From assembly GCA_038087875.1 (NCBI GenBank), contig CM075992.1, positions 2,048,001 to 2,108,000 of the forward strand: a stretch of DNA of 60,000 bases. The letters run 5' to 3'. Shown piece by piece: positions 24,706-36,868 of this stretch. The notes under the pieces are model-generated. The model was not told the origin of the DNA and searched no databases. It saw only the letters and a list, made by a program, of their open reading frames with translations. The DNA is from Malacoraja senta (Eukaryota). The stretch's first letter is position 1; the number at the start of each line of letters is the position of its first letter. A program made the translations under genes and the position numbers.

Positions 24706-25399
24706 CTCAGGTGCTGATTCGCTGTGGCCCCATACAATTGAACCAAAATGTTCATAAATTCATGAGTGATAGAAGCAGAATGCGGCCATTCGGCCCATCA
24801 AGTCTACTCCGCCATTCAATCATGGCTGATCCATCTCTCCCTCCTAACCCCATTCTCCCGCCTTCTCCCCATAACCCCTGACACCCGTACTAATCAAGAA
24901 TCTATCTATCTCTGCATTAAATATATCCACTGGCTTGGCCTCCACAGCCGTCTGTGGCAATGAATTCCACAGATTCACCACCCTCTGACTAAAGAAATTC
25001 CTCCTCATCTCCTTCCTGAAGGAACGTCCTTTAATTCTGAGGCTGTGACCTCTGGTCCTAGACTCTCCCACCAGTGGAAACATCCTCTCCACATCCACTC
25101 TATCCAAGCCTTTCACTATTTGGTATGTTTCAACGAGGTTCGCCCTCATATTCCTACAGTGCTGCCTTCTGGCTGGGCAACATTTCCTCAGGGTACCTTG
25201 TGTACCTTCGATTTTCCAGCATCTGCAGTTCCTTCGTTAACATTTCCTCAGCACAGGTAGACACAAAATGCTGGAGAAACTCAGCGGGCGAGGCAGCATT
25301 TATGGAGAGAAGGAATTGGCGACGTTTCGGCCTCAGTGCAGCCCCTTTGCCAGCTCAGTGGCTTCTGTGATACCATCCTGCTGCCTCTCCAATCGAGGA

Positions 25400-25783
25400 G
25401 GGGAGGAGTAAAAACGAATGAAGGGTCTGAGATTAGCAGAGGGTTAAAGAGGGGGAGGGTGAACACTAAGACATTAAAGAGGGATGACTGGGTCAGATAG
25501 CTAGATAAAGAGAGAGAGAGAAAGAGAGAGAGGGAGGGGGGGGATGACTGGAGAACGTCAGTGGGTGGGGGTGCAGAGAGAGCGAGATTAAATCAATTGC
25601 GTATCCAGAGAGGTATCGGGCAGGCAGTAGCAGAGATTAATTTGCAGCAAGGATCAATGCCCTCTGGCACTCTGCTCCTCCCTTGCATTGCTCGTCTTTT
25701 CAAAGGGGGTTTTAAGAAGAGGAAGACGCAGGGGTTATTAAGTTTACCAGCGGCTGCTGGTGCAGGCGGTGTGCGTGTGCGTG

Positions 25784-25821
<38 letters not shown>

Positions 25822-25996
25822 TCTCCCGCGTGTGATGCTGCTGCTCACCTCCCAACCCCCTCCTCCTCCTCCTCCTCCTCCACATCACCGACTGCAGCAG
25901 CACAGATGCACGGGATCTGCTTGCAAGCTCTGCCTGTGCTTGGGGGGGACGACACAGGAGGCTGTAAACACTGGGGCATTCCAGGCATCCGAGAGA

Positions 25997-26029
<33 letters not shown>

Positions 26030-26701
26030 GCCATGAGCAGTGGAGGCCCACAGCACTGCAAGTAATTGTCAATAAGGTCGAGGCACAGTGACTCCTGTGT
26101 CCTTACAGATTGGCTGAGAGGGATATCCAGAGAGGGGGAGAGCGAGAGAGGCTCCATTTTACAGTGCCGTCTCACTGGATTGCGTGTGACAACCTTTGTG
26201 CTTCACCTTGCCGAGCCTGTGAGGAGCCGAGGATTTCCGTGCTGCCGGCGACGGGCAGGTGCGGTGGGCATGAGGCGGGGAGCCTGATGCGAGCCCGCTC
26301 CTCTCCTCCACGCTGCAGTGTGCGGTTGCCAGTCGGAGCCTGCACTACAGGGAGACATCTTGTCGGCGGCTGCCGGTCTGGGCCTGTCTCGGGCCGGGCT
26401 TGGTCTCGAGCGGCGGCGGTGAGAGGGCGCCGGGAGTACGGACGGACGGTGGTGACCCCCCCCACCCCCTCCCCACTGGAGACACCTCAGGTGTGGGGGC
26501 TCCTCTAGACAACATGCCATCGGCCGAGCTCACCCCGGATAAAAAGTGCACTGGATGATCTGTGAACCCTGGAGACTTCCACCCCTGGTTTGACACTGCC
26601 AGGGGTCGTGCCTAAGGCAGGCGGCCCTGAACCCTGGGCACAGAACTGCAGCCGTTACCCGAGGCGTACGTGTTGCACGGGGCGGCCGAGACTGAGACAG
26701 G
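25400..26701 (+). promoter_or_regulatory. Putative internal promoter / long 5' UTR of the PDE4A1 isoform
   Basis: About 1.3 kb with no recognisable transposon, containing GA/GT/CCT microsatellites and a CpG-rich segment (about 26200-26700) directly upstream of the PDE4A1 ATG. Confidence 0.5.
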
Positions 26702-26767
26702 ATGCCCCTCGTCGACTTCTTCTGTGAGACCTGCTCCAAGCCCTGGCTGGTGGCCTGGTGGGGCCAG
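26702..26767 (+). CDS. PDE4A: PDE4A1 super-short isoform first coding exon (TAPAS-1 membrane-insertion motif)
   Basis: ATG CCC CTC GTC GAC TTC TTC TGT GAG ACC TGC TCC AAG CCC TGG CTG GTG GCC TGG TGG GGC CAG|gtagga = MPLVDFFCETCSKPWLVAWWGQ, 20/22 identical to recalled mammalian PDE4A1 MPLVDFFCETCSKPWLVGWWDQ. Phase-0 donor, positioned after the UCR2 N-terminal exon as expected. Confidence 0.95.
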
Positions 26768-29700
26768 GTAGGACCATGGTTATTCTGACACAGCTACGGT
26801 TATACGGCTTCAACCAGCGTCGCCAGTTCACTTCCTGCGCACCATGGTTATCCGGTTCCCCTCGGACTTCCACTCACCAGTGGCCCACTCCCCGGGTCTC
26901 CGGTTATAACCTGCCTCCCTCCCCCTTCCCCTTCCCATTGCCCCCACCCCACCATTGCCAACCCGCCCTCCACTCTACCCTCCATCACATGCTTCTGTTC
27001 TTGATTCACTCTTGCCAACGGTTTGTGATCACGTTTGCATTATGTGGGGCAGGTGAGGTGCCGAGGGAAAGCAGATCCCTCTCCTATTCTCAGTTTCTTA
27101 CCCGGGGGGCCACAGTCTTAGAGTAAAGGGGAGGTCATTTAAGACTGAGGTGAGAAAAAAACTTTTCCACCCAGAGAGTTGTGAATTTGTGGAATTCCCA
27201 GCCACAGAGGGCAGTGGAGGCCAAGTCACTGGATGGATTTAAGAGAGAGTTAGATAGAGCTCTCGGGGCTAGTGGAGTCAAGGGATATGGGGAGAAGGCA
27301 GGCACGGGTTATTGATAGGGGTCGATCAGCCATGATCACAATGAATGGCGGTGCTGGCTCGAAGGGCCGAATGGCCTCCTCCTGCACCTATTTTCTATGT
27401 TTCTATGTTAAAGCCATCAGGGAAGGGCAGTGGTGGAGGCCAACACACAGACGGTGGCAACTGGAAGGGAAATATTGGCCTACTGGAGTTACTCCCAGCT
27501 ACTCCCACTCCCTGCCCGATGCCAGCCTCGCTGGTGACCAATGAGACCGGCAGCCCATCCGGTGACAGCCCCTGTCAACCGGTGACCATTGGGTAAAAGC
27601 ACTGTTCCTGCAGAGAAGACAGACACAAAATGCTGGAGTAACTCAGCGGGACAGGCAGCATCTCTGGAGAGAAGGAATGGGTGACGTTTCAGGTCGAGAC
27701 CCACACTCAGACCAGGCCCATTCCTTCTCTCCAGAGGTGCTGCCTGTCCCGCTGAGTTGCTCCAGCATTTAGTGTCTGTCTCTGGGGTAAACCAGCATCT
27801 GCAGTTCCTTCCTACACATGTTGACCCAGCGACACGGCTCCATCCAATTAGCCAAACCCCGGGCAGTGTCCACCATGGAAACAGTCCTCTGCAGCCATCT
27901 CTTGAAGGGCACAGTTTGGATGCCAGTTCTTTATGGGCAATGTGGATGGGTATTGCTGAAGGACTGTGGTGCCCCCATGGTACACTAGCCAGCAACACTC
28001 ATGACTACTGTGGTAAGTTCATAAATGATAGGAGCAGAATTAGGCCATTCGGCCCATCAAGTCTACTCCGCCATTCAATCATGGCTGATCTATCTTTCCC
28101 TCCTAACCCCATTCCCCTGCCTTCTCCCCAATAACCCCTGACACCCGTACTAATCAAAAATCTATCTACTCTGCCTTAAAAATAACCATGGACTTGGCCC
28201 TCCACAGCCTTCTGTGGTGACTGGAGAAAAGGGGGTTGGGGCAAAGAGATTTACTAATCTATATTGAAAGCCTGCAAGTAGGTGATGTTTACAATGTCAG
28301 GGGTGGTGGTTGAAACAGACATGCCATGGGTGAAGGGTCTGAAGAAGGGTCCTGACCCAAAACATTCCATATTCTTCTTCTCAAGAGATGCTCCCTGACC
28401 CGTCGAGTTACTCCAGCACTTTGTGTCTATATTCGGTGTAAGAAGGAACTGCAGATGCTGGTAAAATCAAAGGTAGACACAAAATGCTGGAGAAACTCAG
28501 CGGGTGAGGCAGCATCTCTCTGGAGAAAGGAATGGGCGACGTTTCGGGTCGAGACCCTTCTTCAGACTGATGTCAGGGGAGGGGGCAGTTCACCAGACTG
28601 ATTCCTGGGATGTCAGGACTTTCATATGAAGAAAGACTGGATAGACTCGGCTTGTACTCGCTAGAATTTAGGAGATTGAGAGGGGATCTTATAGAAACGT
28701 ACAAATATTCTTTTTTTTTTTTTTTTTATTTTTTTTTTTAAACTTTAAGAAAGAAAAAGAAAGAAGTAAGAAAAGTGAAGAAAGTGCGCAAAGGTTGTGA
28801 AGTGCCAAAAGAGTGTTGGGAAAAGAAAGCCCCTTAGAAAAGAGGTTAAGAGAAGGAAGTAAAGTTAGAAAATAGACCCTAGAAAAAAAAGAGAAAGAAA
28901 GAAGGAACAATCGCTCTATTATGACTCTTATACCATACTTCATAGAGAAGGAACTACCAACCAAGTCTATTTTTATTTTACCTCCCATTACCAGGAAACG
29001 TACAAAATTCTTATGGGGTTGGACAGGCTAGATGCAGGAAGATTGTTCCCGATGTTGGGGAAGTCCAGGACAAGGGGTCACAGCTTAAGGATAAGGGGGA
29101 AATCCTTTAAGACCGAGATGAGGAAAAACTTTTTCACACAGAGAGTGGTGAATCTCTGGAACTCTCTGCCACAGAGGGTAGTTGAGGCCAGTTCATTGGC
29201 TATATTTAAGAGGGAGTTAGATGTGGCCCTTGTGGCTAAAGGGATCAGGGGGTATGGAGAGAAGGCAGGTACAGGATGATCAGCCATGATCATATTGAAG
29301 GCGGTGCAGGCTCGAAGGGCCGAATGGCCTACTCCTGCACCTATTTTCTATGTATCTATGTAAAGATAGGTGGGAACAGTAAGATTAGTGGGAGAACTGG
29401 AAGGGGGGAGGGGACGGAGAGAGAAAGCCAGGGCTATCTGAAGTTAGAGAAGTCAATGTTCATACCGCTGGGGTGTAAACTACCCAAGGGAAATATGAGG
29501 TGCTGTTCCTCCAATTTATGATCAGCAAGGTCAGGTTGGGATTGGGAGGGGGAGTTGAAGTGCTGGGCCACCGGGAGATCAGCTAGGTTAAGATAAGAGA
29601 GAACTGCAGATGCTGCTTGACACCGACTATAGACACACCTACACACTCTCAGTCAACCTACTTTATCCCCACAACCCTATAGATTTTTCTGTTTCAAGTA

Positions 29701-31317
29701 TTTTTTTCCCAATTTCCTTTCACTAACCCATTAAGTCCGCTCTCAGACAGCACACCCAGATTACAATCACAGCACAACAAGATTCTCCTAATCACCCTGC
29801 CAAATCCTCCCTCAGCAGCCTGCTCACCCTCCTGTCAATGTGAGCCGTTCCTCTCTGTCCATTCAATCCAAGATAGATGAGGTCGGCACGGGTGGTGCAG
29901 CGGTAGAGTTGCTGCCTTGCAGCACCAGACACCCGGGTTCGATCCTGACTATGGGCGCTGTCTGTACGGAGTTTGCACCTTCTCCCTGTGACCTTGAATG
30001 GGGTTTCTCCCAGATCTCCGGTTTCCTCCCACACTCCAAAGACGTACAGGGTTGTAGGTTAATCGTGTAGGCAGGAACTGCAGATGCTGGTTTAAGTTGG
30101 CGCGGGCTTGGTGGGCCGAAGGCTCCGTTTCCACGTTGTACCTCCAAACTAAACTAAGCTAAGCGTTGTACTGGTCTGTCAGATCAGTCTGAAGAAGGGT
30201 TTCGGCCCGAAACGTTGCCTATTTCCTTCGCTCCATAGATGCTGCTGCACCCGCTGAGTTTCTCCAGCACTTTTGTCTACCTTTGTAACTGGGATCAGGA
30301 AGGGCAGAGTTGAGAGCCTGGCAATGGGAGCAGGTCACACAGACCTGTATCATACAATCCATCGCACAGCCCTGTTGCTAGTTCCAGAACACATTTAGTA
30401 TATTAAACCACTGTTGACCATTGTTGGTCAAAGCTTGGTCACAGTCACAGCTGTGACAGGTTGCACTGCATCTTATAGTCTACCTTCCTTCACAAATCCT
30501 CATGGGACATGCGGTCATCTCAATGTTCTGTTCACACCCATTGTAGTAAACACTGCCCAGTCCATCACCGGCTCTGACCTCCCTTCCATCGAGGGGATCT
30601 ACCACAGTCGCTGCCTCAAAAAGGCTGGCAGTATCATCAAGGACCCACACCATCCTGGCCACACACTCATCTCCCTACTACCTTCAGGTAGAAGGTACAG
30701 GAGCCTGAAGACTGCAACGACCAGGTTCAGGAATAGCTACTTCCCCACAGCCATCAGGCTATTAAACCTGGCTCGGACATAACACTGAACTTTATTAGCC
30801 AATACTGTTATTTGCACTTTATCAGTATATTGACCATTGTGTATATATTTATAGAATGCCTTGTAGTAAATGCCTACTATGTTCTGTTGTGCTGAAGCAA
30901 AGCAAGAATTTCATTGTCCTACCAGGGACACATGACAATAAACTCACTTGACTTGACTTGACTTGACTTGTACATGTATATAGCCATTACCTAGAATTCC
31001 AGGTGACCCATCAGGTGAAATAAACACAGTCTAATCCAGACCATGCTTGTAGAATCCAGCCTTGCCTGAACAAGCCCAAACTAACATAGAGCAGCCCACC
31101 CAGCCCGGTCTAGTCCGATCTAACGCACTCATCATTGTCCAAATCAAACAAGACAACTTACCCCAGTAGGTGGGAAGGAACTGCAGATATTGGTTTCTAC
31201 CGAAGATAGACACAAATAGTAATTCAGCGGGACAGGCAGCAGCATCTCTGGAGGGAAGTGATAGGTGACCTTTCGGGTCGAGACCTTTCTTCAGACCGTG
31301 ACCCTTCTTCAGACTTA

Positions 31318-31897
31318 AAGGCCTGTCTCACGAGTCTGCGGTCATGGCGGCGAAACGGGAAGAATCTGCCGCCATAGACCGCGCACTCGTGAGAACGCAC
31401 AATTCCGGGGCCGTGGGGTGGTGTTGCCAACAGCGCACGGTGCTAAAATAAAACCTACACTGTTGAAAACTATATTCTTACCGCACAACTCCACCAGTGA
31501 TGCACGAGTGCGGCACGGCCGCCCGCACGGGCCCCGCCAGTGTGGCTCGAGCGCCGTGCGTCAAACTTCCACTGCCACAGCCTCCGCCAGTGAGGCACGT
31601 GTGCTGCACGGCCGCAGGCACAGCCACCGCTACAGCGCCGCGATCAGGACGGCCGCCGCCGCAGCCGCCGCTCGTGAGTCACGTGCGGCGGGCCGACGTC
31701 ATCGCAGTCGGCCCGCCCTTTTTTTAACTTACCGCAAGCACGTGGGACCCGCCGTGTTTGAATCACTCGGCCCCCGCGCAGCATCCGTGCGGCGCTCCCG
31801 TGGATAGGCTCGGCGCTCTCGCTGTTGCCGTGCGGTCCACTCTACAGGCGAAGCCGCGCTTCACCGCCGTTGACCGCAAACAGGTAAGACAGAGCCC
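31318..31897. mobile_element. CpG-rich MITE with degenerate TIRs and TTA TSD (PIF/Harbinger-like)
   Basis: TTA|AAGGCCTGTCTCACGAGTCTGCGGTCA ... TGACCGCAAACAGGTAAGACAGAGCCC|TTA. Confidence 0.65.
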
Positions 31898-33000
31898 TTA
31901 GCCCAGGTGCTGGAGTAACTCAACAAGTTCCTTCCTGCGCTGTATAACTGGCCTGTTACGCTGCTGCAAATCTGAATTTCATTGTTCTGTTGTCGGAACA
32001 ACATGTGTAAACAGTGTAAGGAACAAACAATGTGCAGGAAGGAACTGCAGATGTTGGTTTAAATCGAAGATAGACACAAAGTGCTGGAGTAACTCAGCGG
32101 GTCAGGCAGCATCTCTGGAGAGAAGGAATGGGTGACGTTTCGGGTTGAGACTGAAGAAGGGTCTCGACCGGAAACGTCACCCGTTCCTTCGCTCCAGAGA
32201 TGCTGCCTGACCCGCTGAGTTACTCCAGCATTTTGTGTCTACCTAAGGAACAAACAACTTCCCAAACCACCTCCCCAGGTGCCGTCTCTCTCTGTGGCCC
32301 CCATATATCCCTCCTCTTCCACTCAATCCCCATTGCCTGCCTCCCAGCCCCTCGTGTCACAGAGGTCGCACAGATCCCCACAGAGAGGGCAGCAGAAGAA
32401 AGTAATTGTGAACAGCGCGGTCCACTGGAGATGGCGTCCATGAGTACCACCCCCCCCCCCCCCAAACAAGGTAGCACTCCCTCAATCTTGCCCCTCCATC
32501 TGAAGAAGGATCCCGACCTGAAACATCAATGCAGAGATAGATAGATTCTTGATTAGTACGTGTATCGGGGGCTATGGGGAGAAGGCAGGAGAATGGGGTT
32601 AGGATGGAGAGATTGATCAGCCATGATTGAATGGGGGAGTTGACTTGATGGGCCGAATGCCTAATTCTGCCCCTATCACTTATGACCTTATTCTCCAGAG
32701 AAGCTGCCTGACCCACTGAGTTACTCCAGCGTGTGAGCTGCTGACACACATGTGTTGGTGTGGGAATGGCCCGCCCTGCTCAGGAGGACTAGCACCATGT
32801 TACATGTCCATGCACCGTCTTGCAATCACTGCCAGTCTGACTCAGCCGGCATCTGACCCCGACGCACTTGTTGCTTTGATCCCCAGGTCACGTCATCCTT
32901 TCAATGGCTGCATCTTAGCTTTAACCTTCAATCCATGTGAAGGTTTAAAAAAAAAAAATGCAAATAAATCTTCCAGAAAAACCCCCCTTCGGAAAATCAT

Positions 33001-33200
33001 NNNNNNNNNNNNNNNNNNNNNNNNNNNNNNNNNNNNNNNNNNNNNNNNNNNNNNNNNNNNNNNNNNNNNNNNNNNNNNNNNNNNNNNNNNNNNNNNNNNN
33101 NNNNNNNNNNNNNNNNNNNNNNNNNNNNNNNNNNNNNNNNNNNNNNNNNNNNNNNNNNNNNNNNNNNNNNNNNNNNNNNNNNNNNNNNNNNNNNNNNNNN
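33001..33200. other. Assembly gap (200 N)
   Basis: Run of exactly 200 N, typical of a fixed-size scaffolding join. Confidence 0.99.
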
Positions 33201-34279
33201 GTTTAGTTTATTTATTGTCACGTGTACCGAGGTACAGTGAAAAGCTTTTTGTTGCTTGCTAACCAGTGATGGGTCGAAGGGCCCAATTAGGCTGTACAGC
33301 TATGCATCCAGACCTCTGAGAAAAAGGAGAAATAGTTTGCAAGACTAATCTGGAAGAGAAACAGAAAGACACTCCAGAGCTCTGTATAAAGGGAACCATT
33401 AGCAAAAGGAAATGGTCGTCTCTTACAGATGTAGACAGGAGAAATTATACTGGTGAGTGAGTAGATGGCGATCTGTCGCCAGGGATGTAAACGTCATGGT
33501 CATAGTGTCGAACAACAAGTCCAGAGAAATGGGGAAATGAATAGTGTTGGGAAATCAATAGGACTGAAAGCTGATAAATCAGCAGGGTCTGATGCAGCGT
33601 GGCACTGGGATAGATGTGATACCGCAGGGCATGGTTAGAGGAGGCTGTGCTGAGAGTGTTTACAGCAGATAGACACAAAGTGCTGGAGTAACTCAGCGGG
33701 ACAGTGGGTGGAAACTGGAGATCCTGGAGAAAACCCACACAGTCACAGGGAGAATGTACAAACTCCGTGTAGACAGCACTGTTAGTCAGGATGGAACCCG
33801 AGTCTCTTACAAAATTCTTAAGGGGTTGGACAGGCTAGATGCAGGAAGATTGCTCCCGATGTTGGGGAAGTCCAGGACAAGGGGTCACAGCTTAAGGATA
33901 AGGGGGAAATCCTTTAAAACCGAGATGAGAAGAACTTTTTTCACACAGAGAGTGGTGAATCTCTGGAACTCTCTGCCACAGAGGGTAGTCGAGGCCAGTT
34001 CATTGGCTATATTTAAGAGGGAGTTAGATGTGGCCCTTGTGGCTAAAGGGATCAGGGGGTATGGAGAGAAGGCAGGTACGGGATACTGAGTTGGATGATC
34101 AGCCATGATCATATTGAATGGCGGTGCAGGCTCGAAGGGCCGAATGGCCTACTCCTGCACCTAATTTCTATGTTTCTATGTTTCTATGTCTCTGGCGCTG
34201 CGAGGCAGCAACTCTACTGCTGTGCCACCGTGCCATTATAAACTTGGGTTTAATACTAATGGCATGTACCAGTGTTGCA

Positions 34280-35860
34280 GCTCTCTCAGAAAATCATCTG
34301 CATCAGATCCTGACTGCCATTAACAGTGCATACACAAAACTTGGACTTACCATCAACTCCAAGAAGATTCAGGTTATCTACCAATCGTCACCAACTGAGA
34401 CAAATCGGAAAGAACCATCAATTCAACGGTGAAACAACCCTGGAAAATGTGGATCACTTTCCCTATCTTGGAAGTCACCTCTCCTCCAATGTCGACCTTG
34501 ATGATGAGATCCAACATCATCTTTTTTGTAATTTTTTTATTTTTTATTTATTAGAAGTACATTACATTACAACCACATACATTAGTACTCGTCACTTATG
34601 TCTTCTTACAATTAATGTACTCCCTTTGTTTTTTACACTAGTAAAAGGAAAGGATGAGATTGAAAGAAAGAAGAAAGTGAAGGAAAAAGTGAGAGTGTAG
34701 AAAATGTGACAACAAGAAAGAACGAAGACCCTATAAGAACAAAATTTAAAACAAAAGAAAAAGAGTTAAGAAATAGACCCTAGAAAAGAAGGAGAAAGAG
34801 AAAGAGGAAAAAGAGAGAAACAAATAGTTTTTATGAGCATTACGTAAATGGGACATACCAACTCTTCAACTAGCATCCCCCCTTACCTGACCTCAATTTT
34901 TTTTAAGGTACCTTTGCACCCTATATTTGTAATAATTCTATAAATGCAGACCACGTCAGGTGGAAGTGATCTGGTTTACCTGCCAGGAGGAGTCTTATCT
35001 CTTCTAGGTGTAATGTTTCGAACATATTTGAAATCCACATGTTTATAGTTGGTGAGATCCAACATCATCTTAAGTGTGCTGGAACAGCTTTTGGACGTCT
35101 TCGAACGAGAGTCTTTCAAAATCGTGACATCCGAACAGACACCAAAATGTTAGTGTACAAGGCAGTGGTGATTCCAATGCACCTGTATGGAAACATAGAA
35201 ACATAGAAAGTAGGTGCGAGAGTAGACCACCAGGCCCATCGAGCCCGCATCGAGTATGCATCAGAAACCTGGACAACATACCGACGGCATCTGAAAACAC
35301 TTGAAAAGTTCCATCAACGATGTCTTCGAAGCAGCTTAAATATCAGTTGGGAAAGAAGAACAAACGTCAGCCTGCTGAATGAAGCAAACACATCTAGCAT
35401 CGAAGCCTTCGTCATCAAGAACCAACTAAGATGGGTCGGTCATGTTATTCGGATGGAAGACGAGCGTCTACCAAAGCAAACCTTCTACTCCCAGCTTAGA
35501 GAAGGCAAACGTAAAAGAGGCGGACAAAAGAAGATTCAAAGATGCCTTAAAAACCAGCATGAAGAAATGGGAAATTGACATCGACAATTGGGAAACCAAT
35601 GCCAAGGACAGGAAACTCTGGCGAACCATCATCCAAGAAGGATCAGCGACCTTGGAAGCCAACAGACGCGCAGAATTAGAAGAAAAGAAAACTAAAAGAG
35701 AGGCAGCAACAACCAAAGCCCGATCTGCCATCTGGAATTACCTGTCCTGAATGCCGAAGAACTTTCAAAGCCAGGATTGGACTCATATGCCACCTGCGAG
35801 TCCATAAAAACAACAGAACGTAAACCATCATCCTCAACCTTGAGGGATAGCCACGACGAC
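34280..35860 (+). mobile_element. RTE-clade LINE 3' portion, interrupted by nested insertions
   Basis: YTKLGLTINSKK...LENVDHFPYLGSHLS...AFGRLRTRVF...ETWTTYRRHLKTLEKFHQRCLR...LRWVGHVIRMEDERLPKQ, ending in a 3' hairpin and GAC tail. Confidence 0.85.
34523..35052 (-). mobile_element. 5'-truncated L1 3' end with about 18-bp TSD, inside the RTE
   Basis: Flanked by duplicated TGAGATCCAACATCATCT. The minus strand encodes an ORF2 C-terminus PTINMWISNMFETLHLEEIRLLLAGKPDHFHLTWSAFIELLQI-stop, then AATAAA and an A-rich tail. Confidence 0.85.
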
Positions 35861-36040
35861 CAGTGGCATGTACCAGTGGCATGTACGTGGCATGTACGTG
35901 GCATGTACCAGTGGTATGTACCAGTGGCATGTACGTGGCATGTATCAGTGGCATGTACGTGGCATGTACGTGGCATGTACATGGCATGTACGTGGCATGT
36001 ACCAGTGGCATGTACGTGGCATGTACCAGTGGCATGTACA
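35860..36040. repeat. 11/13-bp minisatellite GTGGCATGTAC(CA)
   Basis: About 15 units immediately after the RTE tail. Confidence 0.93.
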
Positions 36041-36550
36041 AGTGAGAACAGACATAGGAAGGAGAGGCAGAAGCAAGCCTGGCAGAGGATATGGTTTAGG
36101 AGGGCTTTAGTGGAGAAAAGGGTACTTCTACAGTCCATCTGAAGAAGGGTCTCAGCCCCCAAAAAATCATCTGTCTATTCCCTACACAGATGCTGCCTGA
36201 CCCGCTGAGTTCCTCCAGCACTCGGTGTTTTATTCAAGATTCCAGCATCTGCAGTTCCTTGTGTCTCCTTTCTGCAATCCAGATGGGATGTACTTCATCA
36301 GGAATGGAACAACATCCTCGCTGGCTGGGAATTAGCTTGTGCTGTAGGGGAGGGTCGAAGCTACTTTGCCAGAGAGTGGACCTCTGGGAGTATCAACAAT
36401 AGTTGAGCAGGAAAGGGTTAGGTGGGGTTCTGGTGAGGGGGGATTCAGGCAGAGGAAGGAAATAATCCAGGACTACATCAGCCAGCGTGTATTGGGAAAG
36501 CACAAGACTAATAGTGCACCAGAAAATAGATCTGGAGTTGGGAAAACTTT

Positions 36551-36868
36551 AGTTTAGTCTAGTTTAGTTTAGAGATACAGCACGGAAACAGGCGCCTCGG
36601 CCCACTGAGTCCGCACCGACCAGCAATCCCCGCACATTAACACTACCCTACACACACTAGGGACAATTTTACATTTATACCAAACCAATTAACCTACAAA
36701 CCTGCACGTCTTTTGGAGTGTGGGAGGAAACCGGAGATCCCGAAGAAAACCCACGCAGGTCACGGGGAGAACGTACAAACTCGGTACAGACAGCGCCCGT
36801 AGTCAGGATGGAACCCGGGTCTCTGGCGCTGTGAGACAGCAACTCTACCGCTGCGCCACCGTGCCGCC
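36551..36868 (-). mobile_element. tRNA-derived SINE (HE1/V-SINE-like)
   Basis: Minus strand GGCGGCACGGTGGCGCAGCGGTAGAG (A box)...GGTTCCATCC (B-box variant), a conserved core and a CR1-like (CTAAA)n tail. Other copies at about 8195-8432 (-), 9005-9277 (-), 13722-14008 (-), 18425-18622 (-), 29885-30155 (+), 33705-34232 (-, split by CR1), 45400-45660 (-) and 55290-55549 (+). Confidence 0.85.

Noticed and set aside
29885..29960. tRNA-like A/B box sequence
   Set aside because: It is the head of a multi-copy SINE that continues into the SINE core and LINE-like tail; no full cloverleaf is evident.
31318..31897. CpG-island-like region as a promoter or first exon
   Set aside because: It is bounded by inverted repeats and a TTA duplication, so a MITE explains it better.
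33430..33453. Possible 24-nt micro-exon (ttacag|ATGTAGACAGGAGAAATTATACTG|gtgagt)
   Set aside because: It lies in what looks like a decayed CR1 fragment and does not match any PDE4 or relaxin peptide.
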